64,000 bases of DNA, taken from the NCBI GenBank assembly GCA_951406725.2, contig OX597825.1:44950001-45014000 (forward strand). Direction: 5' to 3'. The DNA is from Octopus vulgaris. Taxonomy: Eukaryota. The position numbers and the translations under genes are program-made. Positions 39,018 to 53,559 of this stretch are shown in pieces. The notes under the pieces are model-generated. The model was not told the origin of the DNA. It saw only the letters and a program-made list of their open reading frames with translations, and ran no database searches. The stretch's first letter is position 1, and the number at the start of each line of letters is the position of its first letter.

Positions 39018-42000
39018 TTTGGTATTGGCAACATGAATGACAATAGTCAGAGACTTCTTGAATTTTGCACATACCATAACCTGTGCATCACTAACACATT
39101 CTTTGCCAACAAGACATCCCACAAGGCATCTTGAAGACATCAAAGATCTCACCACTGGCATCAGCTGGATCTCATCATTACATGAAGATCCTTTCTGAAT
39201 TCTATTCAACTGACCTGTAGTTACCACAGCGCAGATTGTGACACAGATCATTCACTAATAAGAAGCAGGGGAGGATTCTGCCTAACAAAGTCCATCACTC
39301 CAAGAAAATGGCCCGACCACGCATTAACACTGCCAGAACCTTGGACCCTACACTGCGACAATGTTTTGCTGTTTCTATCAAGGTTGCCCTCAGTAGCTGC
39401 CCAATCTCCTCTGCTGAAAGTCTCTCTCTATCCGCTCAGTCAAAGTCGACTCTCGGTCACTCGTTGGATCAATGTCCTCCAGTCAGTTCTATCCTGGGCC
39501 ACTTCCTTCAGATTGGCCATGTCCATTCCGGTATCACTCCTGATAGTGTCAAGCCAGCGGGTTCTTGGCCGGCCTCTTCTTCTCTTGCCACTGACCATTC
39601 CGAGTATGATGTCCTTCTCCAGGGATTTTCTCCACATAATATGACCGAAATATGCCAATCTACACTTCGTGATCCCAGCTTCTAGCAACATTTTCAACCT
39701 TATCTGCTTAAGAACTTCTCTATTGGTGAGCCTCGCTGTCCATGGAATCCGCAAAAGCCTTCTCCAACACCAAAGCTCGAATGCATGAAAGTAGGTGGAA
39801 TTATATCAGGGAAGCTTTGTATACCACATCAATAGATACTTTCGGCATGAGAGAAAGGCAAAACCCAGATTGGTTCAGTGCTGGGCTCTCAGAGCTAGAA
39901 ACAGTTATTGAAGCAAAGCATGCATCTCTGATGCAATACAAGAGGGATTCTTCTACAAAGCCACTCAAAGAACTCAGAAAGCCAAGAAATAAAACCCAAC
40001 TGACTGCCAGACGCTGTGCAAATAGGTATTGGCAGGAAATCTGTCAGAGTATCCAGTCAGCTGCTGACAGTGACGACACCCGTGGGATGTATGCTGGTTT
40101 GAAGAAGGCCCTCGGTCCATCAACAACCAAATCAGCCCATCTGAAATCAACTACTGGAAATCTCATCAAGAACCAAAGCAAGCAAATGGATAGATGGGTG
40201 GAGTACTACCAGGATCTCTACTCACGGGACACCACAGTAGCTGAGGCTGCAATCGAGGGTGTCAAGATCTTGCCAGTCATGTGCCAAGTTGACAGTCTGC
40301 CATCTATAGCAGAGCTCACCAAGGCTATTGACTCCCTAGCAAGTAACAAGGCTCCGGGGAAAGACGACATCCTCTTAGAGATCATCAAAACCAGCAAAAA
40401 CACCATCCTGCTTTGGCACCTTCATGAGCTTCTGTGTCAGTGCTGGGAAGAGGGTACAGTCCCTCAGGATATGCGGGATGCTTACATCATTAAAAACAAA
40501 GGTGACTGTGGTGATTGTAACAATTACTGTGGAATATCTCTTCTAACGCCTTTGCTCGCATTATCCTGTCCAGGCTACAACTGCCTGCTTCTTGAATTTA
40601 TCCAGAATCGCAGTGTGGCTTTAGAAGAAGCAGATCAACTATTGATATGATATTCTCCATACGCCAACTTCAGGAGAAGTCCTGAGAGTAGAAAATGCCA
40701 TTATATATGGCCTTCATTGATCAGACAAAGGCCTTTCACTTGGTAAGTAGAAAAGGCCTCTTTATTCTGCTCCAAAAAATCGGATGTCCACCAAAGCTGC
40801 TGAGGATCATCAAATCTTTCCATGATGATACGCAAGGCACCATACAGCACAATGGTTCAACATCAGCCACCTTCCAAATAAAAAACGGGGTAAAGCAAGG
40901 TTGTGTCCTTGCTCCTACATTATTTGGCATCTTCTTCTCGCTGCAGCTGTCACATGCCTTTGAGGCATAAGATGATGGAGTGTTTCTGCACAGTAGAAGT
41001 GATGGGAAACTGTTCAATCTCTCGCGTCTGCATGACAAGACCAAAATCAGAAGCGTCCAGATCAAGGAGATGCTATTTGCTGATGCTGCTGCCCCGGTAT
41101 CACACACAGAAGAAGCCCTACAAAGGCTCATCAACTGTTTTGAGCAAGCATGTGGCAACTTTCGCTTAGTTATCAGCCTCAAGAATACCAACATAATGTG
41201 TCAGGCTAAATCGGACATCCCAAACATACATATTGGAGACCACAGACTACAGGAGGTGGAGAAGTTTACCTATCTTGGCTCTACCATCACCTACAACATA
41301 TCCCTTGATGCTGAGCTCAATATATGCATTGGTAAGGCAGCTGCTGTGATGGCCCAACTCTCCAAACAGGCATGGGACAACAATAAGCTGACCAAGATCA
41401 CAAAAATGAAGACTTACCAGGCATGTGTACTTAGCACTCACTGTATGGAAGTGAGACTTAGACACCATACATATGCCAAAAGCATCGCCTAAATATCTTT
41501 CACCTGCGCTACCTGCAGAAAATCCTTCGTATCAAAATGGCAGAATCAAATCCCCAACAAAGATGTCTTCAAGCAAGCAGGAATACCAAGCATGTTTGCA
41601 CTCCTCACACAAAGACATATGAGATGGCTTGGACATGTTAGCCGTATGGAAAATGGCAGAATCCCCAAGGACAAACTCTACGGAGAGCTTGCTAGGGGCA
41701 CTAGGTCTGTGGGAAGACCGTTCTTACGATACAAGGATGTTTGGAAAAGGGACATGAATGCCTGCAACATCAATATTACCAACTGGGAAGCAGTTGCCAG
41801 CAACCGTGGAGATTGGCGACGTACAGTAAAAGAGGGAACACAAAGGAGTGACATAGAGAAAGAGGAGAAATGGAAAGACAATAAAAGACGTCAAGAAGAA
41901 ACTATGACATTACAACCAGCCAGGCAAAGTCTTCACTACATTTGTGGCACCTGCCAGAGGGAGTGTTTGTACAGGATAGGATTACACAGACACAGTAGTA

Positions 42001-42090
42001 GATATACTAGGACATGAAATGTAAAAACCGGACTAGATTATTTTATGCGTAACTCCATTGTCTCCCGAGACAAAAAGGATGCCATCAACA
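39018..42090 (+). mobile_element. RTE/BovB-like LINE, 5'-truncated, with a 78-bp flanking duplication
   Basis: DCDTDHSL, NPDWF, KAPGKD, GVKQGCVLAPTLF, LFADA, RWLGHV, CGTC..H; tail CCATTGTCTCCCGAGACAAAAAGGATGCC; 38940-39017 equals 42091-42168 with one mismatch. Confidence 0.93.
39422..39785 (-). mobile_element. Nested BovB-type LINE 3' fragment
   Basis: AFELWCWRRLLRIPWTAR...YFGHIM..SLEKDIILG..GKRRRGRPRTRWLD; TSD tgaaagt. Confidence 0.9.
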
Positions 42091-43399
42091 ATATATATGG
42101 ATTTCGTAGACAGGAACTGAAACAAATCAATCGTATATATATGTATATATATATGTAAGTGTATGTGTGTGTCTTTGTCTCTGTGTTTCGCCCTCATCAC
42201 TGCTTCACAACTGCTGTTCATTTATTTACATCCACATAACTTACTGGTTTCACAAGAACAAACTAATAAAATAAGTACCAGGCTTATCAACATAAAAAAA
42301 GCACTAGGCTGTGTCTCATATTTTTGTTTGCCCACTCAGTTGTATCTATCAATTTATCTTTGTATGTGTGTGTGTGTGTATATATATCTGTATCTATATA
42401 TATATATATAACACCTTAATGGGAGCCTTAACTCCCAAATTTTAGTCATTTCTTTTATGATCCAAAAGTAATGAATGGATCTTTAGGAAAGTTGGAAATT
42501 ATATTCTATGCATAAGGGCCATAACCCCCATGACAATTCATATATTTTTGCTGTTGATGAAATTTTAACCATAGATATTACACACAAATGAAGTAATATT
42601 TATAAAATTTCATCTTCTTACAAGTTAGAAAGGCCCCTCCATGGGGACTTAACACCCACAATTTTGTCATTTTATCTAAGCAAGAATGAATACAGTTGCG
42701 CTCTTGGAAGCTCTAGGGTTACCCGAGCATAAAAGTTGATCATTATTTGTAATTCAATGGTACAACAGTGTAACAGTTTGTTTTGACATACGCTTACATT
42801 GTGATTTCTGCAATGTGGTGCATAAATTGTCAAGTAAATGAGAGGCATCTTTGCCTCCACTGATTCAGTTGCAAAGTGTTGAGTAAAGTTGATTGCAGAT
42901 CTCCTTTCAGTCTTTTTATGATCACTCAGTCACACAGTCCTCAGATGGTAATATTGATTTCAAGGCCTTCCCAGATGAGTGACTGGTTATTCAAAGACAT
43001 TTATAGATTGTAAATTTATTGTCCCGTTACGTATCAGTATAGTGGTCATTTGCAAACTCCAAAGGTGACACTTTCATTTCTCCTTAGCCATCACGTCACA
43101 CAGTTGTTTATGTTTATTTCAGTTGGGTCATGCCCTTCCAATTGCTATAGATTTATAATGCCTCTTACGGCTGTGCCTGTCACCTGGATGGTGAGGAATC
43201 CTACATTCGGAGTGATAACGACTAGGGTAGGGTAACTGACTGCTTATTGTGATCATTCATCTTTTGATTTCATGTAGCTTTGCTCTCTTTTACCCAGTGA
43301 ACATATATTTCCTATTTCAAAGAAATTCAAACAATAGATATAAGACCCAAGTTAAAAAGATTCTCAACAATTCAACTTCTCTGGTTGACATTAGGATGC

Positions 43400-43715
43400 C
43401 CACCCCCAACAGGGGCCTTAACTCTCACATTTTAGAGCTCCATGACCTTCATTTTCCAAGAGAAAAATCTTTTTAACAGGTTCAATAAGACTGGAATTTT
43501 GGAATATGTGCATAAAAATCAGTAGTATAGGATACATGTCACACAATTACAATTTTTTTGGGGGGGGGGCGGGGGTGTAAAGAGGGAAATAACCCTCATC
43601 TGCAATTTTGATGAAATTCGAAACATAGGTATTCTAGTTCATTACATAAAATATAACAGAAAAGTCTAATTCTTCAATTGTATGTAACACAGGCAATGCC
43701 GGGTATCTCTGCTAG
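43400..43715 (+). mobile_element. Helitron 3' end
   Basis: GAAAAGTCTAATTCTTCAA...hairpin-like AGGCAATGCCGGG...CTAG|T at 43712-43715; same terminus as at 50249. Confidence 0.75.
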
Positions 43716-43719
43716 TATA

Positions 43720-43773
<54 letters not shown>

Positions 43774-43809
43774 GTATATATATATATGTATATATATATA
43801 AATATATTG

Positions 43810-45476
43810 ATAGAAATGGCAAGACAACAAAAGAATGAAGGAGACCTCGATATTATGTAAATTGAGGAATTTAGCTGTAAATATAATATGTGACAGTTAT
43901 TTGGTAGCCATGATAAAACTCCAAATTTCGGATGTCGGCACAGAAACCTATGCCGGCATCTCTTCAGTTATTGGGCCATCGAAAAAAATGCTTTCTATAC
44001 TAATAATGCCAAGTTAAATCAGAACTTGGCATTATGCAAAAATCAGGAATGCCACTAGGTTAGTACAATGGTCCAATAATATAGAAGTCGTTGACTGATT
44101 TAAAGCCATTAAGAATAAGATAAAGCGAGATTCACGCAATTCGATATTGTCGATTTTTATGCCTCTATCTCTAAGGAACTGCTAAATCAAGCCCTCACCT
44201 TTGCAAGTGAATTCATAAAAATCAGTACACAAGATAAGGACATAATCCTCCATGCGAGAATGCAGAGTGGGTCAAGACTACTGATACAGAGGGTGCTTTC
44301 GATGTGAGCATGGGGTCATATGATGGAGCAGGCATATGCGATCTTATTGGACTATTCCTACTCGATACATTGGGTAAGACTTTTCCCGATGTATACTTCA
44401 CCATTTACAAAGATGATGCCCTATCTTTAACCGCAAATACCAGTGGACCAGCACAGGATCTGTTTAGGAAGGAAATTATCCATTTGATGAAAACCTTCTT
44501 AGCATAACTACAGACACCAATCTGACAGTTGTCAATTTCCTAGATGTATCCTTAGATCTAAATAAGAATATTTATAAACCTTATAGGAAGCCCAACAATA
44601 GACTTAGTTATATTAATGTGGGTTCCTACCATCCCCCCATAGTGTTTAAAAATTTAGTTAAAAACATTAGTAAAAGAATTTCTAGCCTCTCCTCTGATAG
44701 GGACATTTTTAATAGCATTGCACCAGTATATAATAAGGCTCTAGAAGATAGTGAATTTAGTGAGGAAATAACCTATACACCTGCCAACAGTCCAATAATA
44801 AAGAAAAGGAAACATAGGAATAGGAAAACTATCTGGTTCACACTCCCCTACTCACCCGAGGTGTCTTTCAATATAGACAAGTATTTCTTAGCACTTATAG
44901 ATAGTTAGAGTCAACCATAGTTAGAGAAAGCTCTTCAATAGACATAACTTAAAAATCAGTTTCAGCTCAACTACTAATTTTACAAATATAATTACACACA
45001 ACACACAAAAACCACAATATGAAACCAGCTGTTCATGCAGAGATAAAAATTTGTGCCCGCTAAATGGAGCTTGCATGCCCAAGACCATCATTTATGAAGC
45101 CACTGTGAACTCTATATCCACTAAGGACACGGTTTCGACAAAGAAATACATGGGCCTTACAGAGGGTACTTTCAAGGCCAGGTTCAATAATCACACTTTG
45201 AGCTTCAGGCACTGGGATAAAAGGAAAACGACCAAATTATCTAGTCATATATGGTTCTTAAAAGATAAAGGTGTCAGTTACAACATCCATTGGAAGAGCT
45301 TAGCCAAGTGTAAGCCCTACACTAACAGCAGTGGAAAGTGTAGTCTTTGTGATATGGAAACATTACTCATCTGGAAAAGCAGCTTAGACCCCACCATATG
45401 TCTAAATTCAAGAACTGAACTTTTCAGATCATGTCCATATGTGGCTAAATATTTGTTACGTTTTTGGTACCCCTGA
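43810..45476 (+). mobile_element. Naiad-like PLE (degraded RT + GIY-YIG) preceded by an inverted pLTR
   Basis: QFDIVDFY, MGSYDGAGICDL, YKDDA, IWFTLPY, CSCRDKNLCPLNGAC, KYMGLTE..FKARFNNH; 43810-43975 is antisense and starts like 17823. Confidence 0.9.
43913..43971 (-). ncRNA. Degenerate hammerhead ribozyme in the inverted pLTR
   Basis: ataa-CTGAAGA-gatgccggca...tgccgacatc-c-GAAA-tttggag-TT^ttat. Confidence 0.6.
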
Positions 45477-45925
45477 GATTACAGATAGAACTTGCTTTCT
45501 ATATTGTGTCCATGTACAAGCTTTTTATCTCTCTATACTTTTTACTTATATTTCTTATATATTTTTTAACATATTTATAGAAATATTGTTTCATAGGTTT
45601 ATTGTTTTTTACACATAATTTTTCTGTATTTTGCCTTTAGCCTTGATTTTTCTTGTGCATGTGCATATATAGACATGTGTATGAACCTTTTTGTGCACAC
45701 GCGTGTGTGCAAGCACATATGTGGGTATGTATATATATTTTTTGGCAAATGTGTGGGTGAGCATGTGTGTGTTTCAAGTGAGGGTGAATGAGTATATACA
45801 TATAGGCACATGTACGTGGGCATGCGGGCACATATGTGTATGTATGGACATGTGCACTTACCAAATAATTATCACATATTATATTTACAGATATATATAA
45901 ATAAATATATATATAAATAAATAAA

Positions 45926-45963
<38 letters not shown>

Positions 45964-45964
<1 letters not shown>

Positions 45965-46325
45965 CATCATCATCATCTTCATCGTTTAACGTCCGTTTTC
46001 CGCGCTAGCGCGGGTTGGACGGTTCGACCGGGGTCTGGGAAGCCAGGGGCTGCTCCAGGCTCCAATCTGATCTGGCAGAGTTTCTACAGCTGGATGCCCT
46101 TCCTAACGCCAACCACTCCGCGAGTATAGTGGGTGCTGGCATTGGCCACGTTCGGATAGTGCTTTTTATGTGCCACCGGCACAAGCATTACAACTACTAT
46201 TTCCATTGATATTTATTTCGACATTCATGTTCATGTACTTGACTCAACAGGTCTCCTCAAGCACAGCGGGACGTTCTGGGATCCGGGGTACTTTGAATGG
46301 GCAGGGGCTATGCCGAACTGATGCA
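45964..46325 (-). repeat. RTE 3' UTR and tail
   Basis: Reverse complement of the 51710-52100-type sequence. Confidence 0.75.
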
Positions 46326-46560
<235 letters not shown>

Positions 46561-47519
46561 TATGTACACTTGAACTTCTGTATGCATAGATGGTTGTGTG
46601 TGTATGTGTATAGGTATGTGTATATGTATACGTATATGCAGCACAGCATTCTGTCAGTGAACAGGTTGCGGACTCAAAGCGACGAAAATATTTTGGCAAA
46701 TTAAATTTAAATGTTGAAGTGAATCTAATGTTTTTGTGTGTTTCGTAAATGGCTTATAAACACATTCTATGCTGCAATTGTTATATATATAAAATAGACA
46801 TATTATTTCTAAATCTCTCAAAGAGAGACATTCAGTAACAGTTCTTTAAAGTAAAGGTTATTTGCCAACATAATGTGGCTGTCCTGAAAGGACATACACA
46901 TATGGCTAGATAAATACATATACACACATACATATACATAGACATAAAAATATACATATTCATGTTTACATACATGTACAAATATATATATGTATATGTG
47001 AACATACTATTCAAATCCATTTGTAACTATTTATTTACTTATCTATTTACTTGCTTATTTACACTTATGTATGTGTATATGTGTATATATATCTGTACAA
47101 GCATGCATGTATATGCGTAATTTCCTTTTTGATTATCATCTGTATGATTCATAACCATATATGTATATACAAATGTATATGTATATGTGTGTTTACACAT
47201 GCCTTACTTAAGGTGCGGGGAGTGTCATCGGCAAAAAGAATTTTAACTTTTTCCCTAGGGCCACCCCACAGCAATATCATATCTTCTCCACTATTTCAGT
47301 ATTACATGTTAAAAGTGAAACAAAAACATCTCTTTATTGTATTGCAGACACTTTCACTTTAATACTGAAACTATTAAAGTGAAAGTATTATATAACAGGG
47401 ATTAGCCATTAACAGTGATCATCCATTTTGCTAGAAGAAGATCCGCTATGGTCTTATATGCTACACCACTGGTTTTCAATTCATATTAATCAAATTAATA
47501 TTCAATTTTTCACCTTTAT

Positions 47520-47566
<47 letters not shown>

Positions 47567-48137
47567 TAGCAATTCATATAAAATTGCATCAATGACTTGA
47601 ACTTGAATAAGTCGTTTCACATAAATTGGGATAAATTAAAAAGGTTTGTTGTTATTATTATTACTGTTTGACTATTGTAATCATGTTTGTTGGTTCCTCG
47701 TCAGGGAAACGTTGTTGTGTTGCATTTGTTAAATAATTGTAAACCGTAACCTTCCTCCTTTCGGAGAAGGGGCTTTGGTTATTGATTAAAAATTGAATTG
47801 TGTCCCTGTTTGGGGAAATTGACAATATTTTCACCGTCTTTACGGAAGCATTTTTGTTAAAATGCCTTCAATAGAAGAAAGTCCAAAAATGAATATCACT
47901 GCAGCCATACACTTCTATACAAGAGGGAGGACAAGATCCAATTGATCGAAATTGCAAGAGACAGACCTACAATTCCAGTCTGTTATATATTTTGAGTATT
48001 GTTATCACTAGCAATATCAAGATATAACTTTGTATTTTGTATTTTATGTGTAGATGTATATATATAGATACATGTAATATGTACACATATATATACACAT
48101 ATATACATGCATAATATATCTACCCATACACACATAT

Positions 48138-48187
<50 letters not shown>

Positions 48188-48374
48188 GGGCATGTGTGGC
48201 TGTGAGGTAACAAACTACGTTTCAAACATATGGTCCTGGGTTCAGTCCCACTGTCTGGTGACTTGGCATGTGTCTTCTGCTGTAGCCTCAGACCAACAAA
48301 AGCTTTCTCAGTGGATTTTGTACATATATACAGGTATACATATATATACATGCATATGTACATATTCAGCATAA

Positions 48375-50249
48375 ACACTCTACCACTACAACTAATAACT
48401 GTTGGGAACACTTTCAAACCTGCCTTACATTCGAACCGGAATCTCAAAAACATTGTCCCCTTCAGTGCCAAGCTCAACTGCTCTATCCTGACATGGAGGG
48501 TATCAGCAATGAAATCTATAACAAAACACTCATTGACATTGAAGATAGAATTGCTAAACTGGGTGGAAATGAATTGTCGATGTATGGCCTGCCACAAGCA
48601 TTCAGGTCAGGGTCAAATAGCCTTCCCACTGCTGTCATTCGTGAAACAACCTACGACACTCAAGCGCTTTCAAAGTACATGGTTGAAAATGACCCTACAT
48701 TACTTCCGGACCAGCTGCAGATCTACAGAACTATTCTTAACAGTGTACGCCAACGCGAGGGACGAATCTTCTTCCTCGATGCTCCTGGAGGAACAGGAAA
48801 AACATTTATTACAAAGCTTCTCTTTGCAGAAGTTAGGCAGCATCAGGACATTGCAGTAGCTGTAGCCTCCTCTGGCATTGCAGCTACTTTGTTACCCGGT
48901 GGCAGGACAGCACACTCAACTTTTAAACTTCCTCTCAATTTAGCAGCATCCGAAATGCCTTCATGCAACATTAACAAAAGCTCAGATCAGGGACAAGTAC
49001 TTAAAATGTGTCATATAATTGTCTGGGATGAGTGCACTATGGCTCACAAGGGCATTAGATAGAACCCTGAAAGACATCCGAGACTGTCAGGCTCCAATGG
49101 GAGGTGTAACGCTTCTGTTGTCAGGTGATTTCAGGCAAACACTTCCTGTCATTCCGAAAGGCACTAGAGCAGATGAAATCCAAGCATGCCTAAAGTCCTC
49201 TACTCTGTGGCATCATGTTACAATCCTCAGTCTCACCACTAACATGAGAGCTCAGCTACACAGCGACAAAATGTCCACAAAGTTTGCACAGGACATTTTG
49301 ACACTTGGTGAAGGCAAGATGCCTCTCGATGCTGCAGGACAAATGGAAGTGTGGTCATTTTCTTCTGTTGTTAATTCTGTAGATGACCTCAAAAACAAAG
49401 TCTTTCCCAACTTCACACAAAACTACCAAAATCACAACTGGCTGTGTGAGAGAGCAATATTAGCTCCAAAAAACGTCGCTGTTAACAAAATTAATCAACA
49501 GCTAATGCATTCTCTTCCCGGCACTATACACACTTACAAGTCTGTTGATACAATTCTAGATATAAATGAAGTTGTGAACTATCCTCCTGAATTTCTCAAT
49601 TCACTGGAGCCTCCTGGACTACCTCCACACATATTAGCACTTAAAGTTGGAACTCCTGTAACGCTACTCCACAATCTGGAACCACCAAGACTTTGCAATG
49701 GAACACGACTGATGATAAAGAAAATGATGTCACACGTTATCGAGGCAATCATTCTTTCTGGATGTGGGAAAGGTGATGACGTCTTTATTCCAAGAATTCC
49801 TCTTACTCCATCAGGAGCAGAAATTCCATTTACATTCAGAAGACTGCAATTCCCCCTTCGTGTCAGCTTTGCCATGTCCATTAACAAATCTCAGGGTCAA
49901 ACCCTCTCTGTAGCTGGTCTTCTCTTGGAAGAACCCTGCTTCTCGCATGGGCAACTGTATGTTGGCTGCTCAAGAATAGGAACCAAAAGAAACCTTTTTG
50001 TATATGCTCCTCAAGGAAAAACAAGGAACATTGTTTACAACGAGGTGTTATAATCTCAACAGCCAGGAAGTATATACACAATCCCCTTTTTTTTTAACAA
50101 ACTTCATGTACTTTCATGTATTTATATTGATATACATATATATGTGTGTGTGTGTGTGTGTGTATCCATATATATATATATATATATATATGAGAAAAGT
50201 CTAATTCTTCAACTGAATGTAACCAGGCAACGCCGGGTATCTCTGCTAG
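48375..50249 (+). mobile_element. Helitron: Pif1 helicase region plus 3' terminus (Rep domain absent)
   Basis: DAPGGTGKT, WDEC, GDFRQ, LCNGTRL, INKSQGQT, HGQLYV; one frameshift near 49055; hairpin CCAGGCAACGCCGGG then CTAG|T. Confidence 0.95.
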
Positions 50250-51209
50250 TATTTATATACATGTGTGTATGTATGTATGTATACACAAATATGCTATTAT
50301 AATCCATATGTAACTGTTCACCTATGTATCTACTTATTTATTTTCATTTATGCATGCTTATGTATGTGCATATATACGTATACAACTCAGAATTTCCATA
50401 ACACTTGACATAACGCTATGTATTTTCTGATATAACTAAACATATCCTTTTTCTAACATATCCTTAGTAACCTTTACTAACATTTGAACATACACACCTG
50501 ACAACATAAATAACTGTCTGACTCTTATTTAATTATTATTTGATTAATTTCATTTGTTTTGCAATGGTGACCAAATCTACGTAGATTTATAAATACAAAC
50601 ATAGTTATATTGGTTGAAAACATACACCATTATCTCCCCTCTTACATATTTTTCAAATACAAAGACAAAGTGAACTAAATTAAACATGCATAATTATGTA
50701 TGTATATATGAGTGTGAGGTATATACATATGTGTGGATATATTTATGGGTACGTGTATATGTATGTGTGTATGTATGTTTATATGATTGTCTGTGTATTT
50801 ATATACATGTGTGTGTATGTGTGTATATATATATATATATACACATACAAAATATTCTATAATTATATACATAATTATAATCAGGGGTCAGCTAAGTGCC
50901 TTGCTATGTACTGAATTAGAAATAGACACTAATATTTTTTCAACTACCATAAAAATCTCTAAGACAAAAACACACATTTTTATGTAGGTAAAAAGAAAAA
51001 TGATGAATCCAGACAACTTCAGTTAACCACAGACGCATTTTGAATTTAAAGTAAATTATATTTACCTATTATTCTCCTCAGAGTGGTTCTCCAAGTTATA
51101 AATTTGCGAGTGTTAGGAGTAAATATGTACGCGATCAAGCATCATCATGTAACTAATATTCAACACTAGAATAAGAATAGCCTGAGTAAATTTTAGAAAA
51201 CTTCTTCCC

Positions 51210-52103
51210 CTACTGGCAACAAAGGGTCTCTCGCTTTGACTGAAAGGTAGATTGTACAACGCATGTGTGAAAGCCGCCATGCTTCATGGCAGTGAAACAT
51301 GGGCCGTGAATGCGGAGGACATGTGTAGGCTCAAAAGAAATTAAGCTAGCATGATCTGCTGGATGTGTAATGTCAGTGTGCATGCATGACAGAATGTAAG
51401 CACCCTGAGAGAAATGTTGGGCATAAGAAGCATCGGATGTGGCATGCAGGAGAGACATTTGTGTTGGTATGGTCATGTACTACGAATGGAAAAGAAGAGA
51501 TGTGTGAAGAAGTGCCACTCACAAACAGTTGAAGGAATCTGGGGTAGAGGTAGACCCAGGAAGACATGGGATGAGGTGGTCAAGCATGACCTTCAAATGT
51601 TGGGCCTTACAGAGGCAATGACGAAAGACCGAGACCTCTGGAGATATGCTGTGACTGTGAAGACCCAACAAATGAAGTGAGTTCATAGCTTGCAGGACAG
51701 CCTGCTGTGCTTACCTTGGATCATAGGGCGACCTCCTGTGCTTGAGGAGACCTATTGAGTCAAGTACATCAACATCAAAATAAAAATCAAATGGAAAAAG
51801 CACCATCCAAACACGGCTGATGCCAGCGTCGCCTTGACCGGCGTCCATGCCGGTGGCACGTAAAAAGCACCAACCGATCATGGCTGTTGCCAGCCTCCTC
51901 TGATCCCTGTGCCAATGGCATGTAAAAAGCACCCACTACACTCACGGAGTGGTTGGCATGAGGAAGGGCATCCAGCTGTAGAAATACTGCCAGATCAGAC
52001 TGGAGCCTGGTGCAGCCTCTTGGCTTCCCAGACCCCAGTTGAACTGTCCAACCCATGCTAGCATGGAAAACATACGTTAAACGATAATGATGATGATGAT
52101 GAT
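51210..52103 (+). mobile_element. RTE LINE 3' end with long 3' UTR and (GAT)n tail
   Basis: LHGSETW, WYGHVLRM, GRGRPRKTW, stop at 51680, subrepeats, tail. Confidence 0.88.
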
Positions 52104-52231
52104 GACTCCCAAAAATATACAGCCAAATGTGATACATTTTTATCTTTTATACCCACATGTGAACTACAACCTATCCCACAGAAAAACTGCAGTTTTGATC
52201 ATGAAGTAAATTATAATTTTAACAATAATAT

Positions 52232-52517
52232 ACTCTTTTACTCTTTTATTTGTTTCAGTCATTTTGACTGTGGCCATGCTGGAGCACTGCCTTTAGTCAA
52301 TCAAATCGACCCCAGAACTTATTCTTTGTAAGCCTAGTACTTATTCTATTGGTCTCTTTTGCCTACAGAGACATAAACACACCAGCATAAGTTGTCAAGC
52401 AATGTTGGTGGGGACACACACAGACACACAAACACACACACACATATATACATATATGACAGGCTTCTTTCAGTTTCCGTCTACCAAATCCACTCACAAG
52501 ACTTTGGTTGGCCCCAG
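52232..52517 (-). mobile_element. SINE fragment
   Basis: 10047 family, reverse strand. Confidence 0.8.
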
Positions 52518-52629
52518 GCGTGTGTGTGTGTGTGTTTAATACAATTTACTTTACAAAATTGGTCCTTCATCTAGTACAAATTATTATAGAAATATTTTCA
52601 GCCATTCAATTTGAGGGTGTGTCCATTAT

Positions 52630-52965
52630 TTAATTTTCTACTCCTCTAACCCATCCCACATAAAAAGAAACATTCCATATGCAGCATAGTAACCAACTCA
52701 CAAACACGCCAAATAAGACTAAATGAACTTAAAAACTTCCTACTAGAACAAAAATACCCACTCAAATTGATAAAAAATGGAATCTCAAGAGCAACTCAGA
52801 ACTCCAAAAATGAAAAACAAAGAAAACATCATCCCTTTCATAAACACACACAACCCCAGAGTTACCAACATGTTTCAAATCATACATTCAAACTTACCAA
52901 TAGTCCTACAAAGCCCCAAAATGGGAAACATATTAAACAAATATTGCATAAAAAACAGTAGATGA
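52630..52965 (+). pseudogene. PLE fragment (Neptune-like post-RT region)
   Basis: HIKRNIPY...RLNELKNFLLEQKYPLKLI...IPFINTHNP. Confidence 0.65.
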
Positions 52966-53559
52966 CAAGAAAAAATCTGAAGAAACAAGTAACAAGAACG
53001 AAATTTTAATGCATCTATCGAAACATATGTCGGTGATTTGGTGATATAAATGATTTAAATAACATCTTGAGCATTGGTCTCCATTTTCCATTATTCTTAT
53101 GTTCTCCAAAACATGTCTCACTTCTCCCTGGAATTAACTCCCACGCAAGTGTGATTACTAATTCCTAGGATGCATATGTGACATCTGGCTACCTTGTAAT
53201 TGTTCCTCTAGATCTTTCCTATAAATTGAACATTCATATACATGCACCAGGTTTTCATAGGTAAATCCTGCAACCGGAATACTTACTGAAAATGAAGATC
53301 TTTAATTTTAATGCCTCTCTCAAGGATATACCTATTCCCCCAAAAAAGTTTTCCTTAAACAACTCATTAATAAGACTAACTCTTTCATTAATCTTATCAG
53401 ATGGCAAGCTTTCTTCTTCCATAATAAGGATATCAAGCCACTCTTCAATGACCAAAATTCTGAATTTAGTAAATTGTTCAAGTCTAAAATAATCCTCCTC
53501 CTAACCCAAGTTTAAAACAGTTTGAAGAGAACCTCTGGTCTATTGTTAAGAATGTTAAA

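Noticed and set aside
48493-50053. Host Pif1 helicase gene
   Set aside because: Intronless, frameshifted, and followed by a Helitron hairpin and CTAG
51066-51190. Minus-strand exon candidate with an AG|GTAAAT donor
   Set aside because: Stops in every frame tested from the plausible acceptors
53020-53530. Possible minus-strand GIY-YIG remnant
   Set aside because: Only scattered motif hints; needs BLASTX
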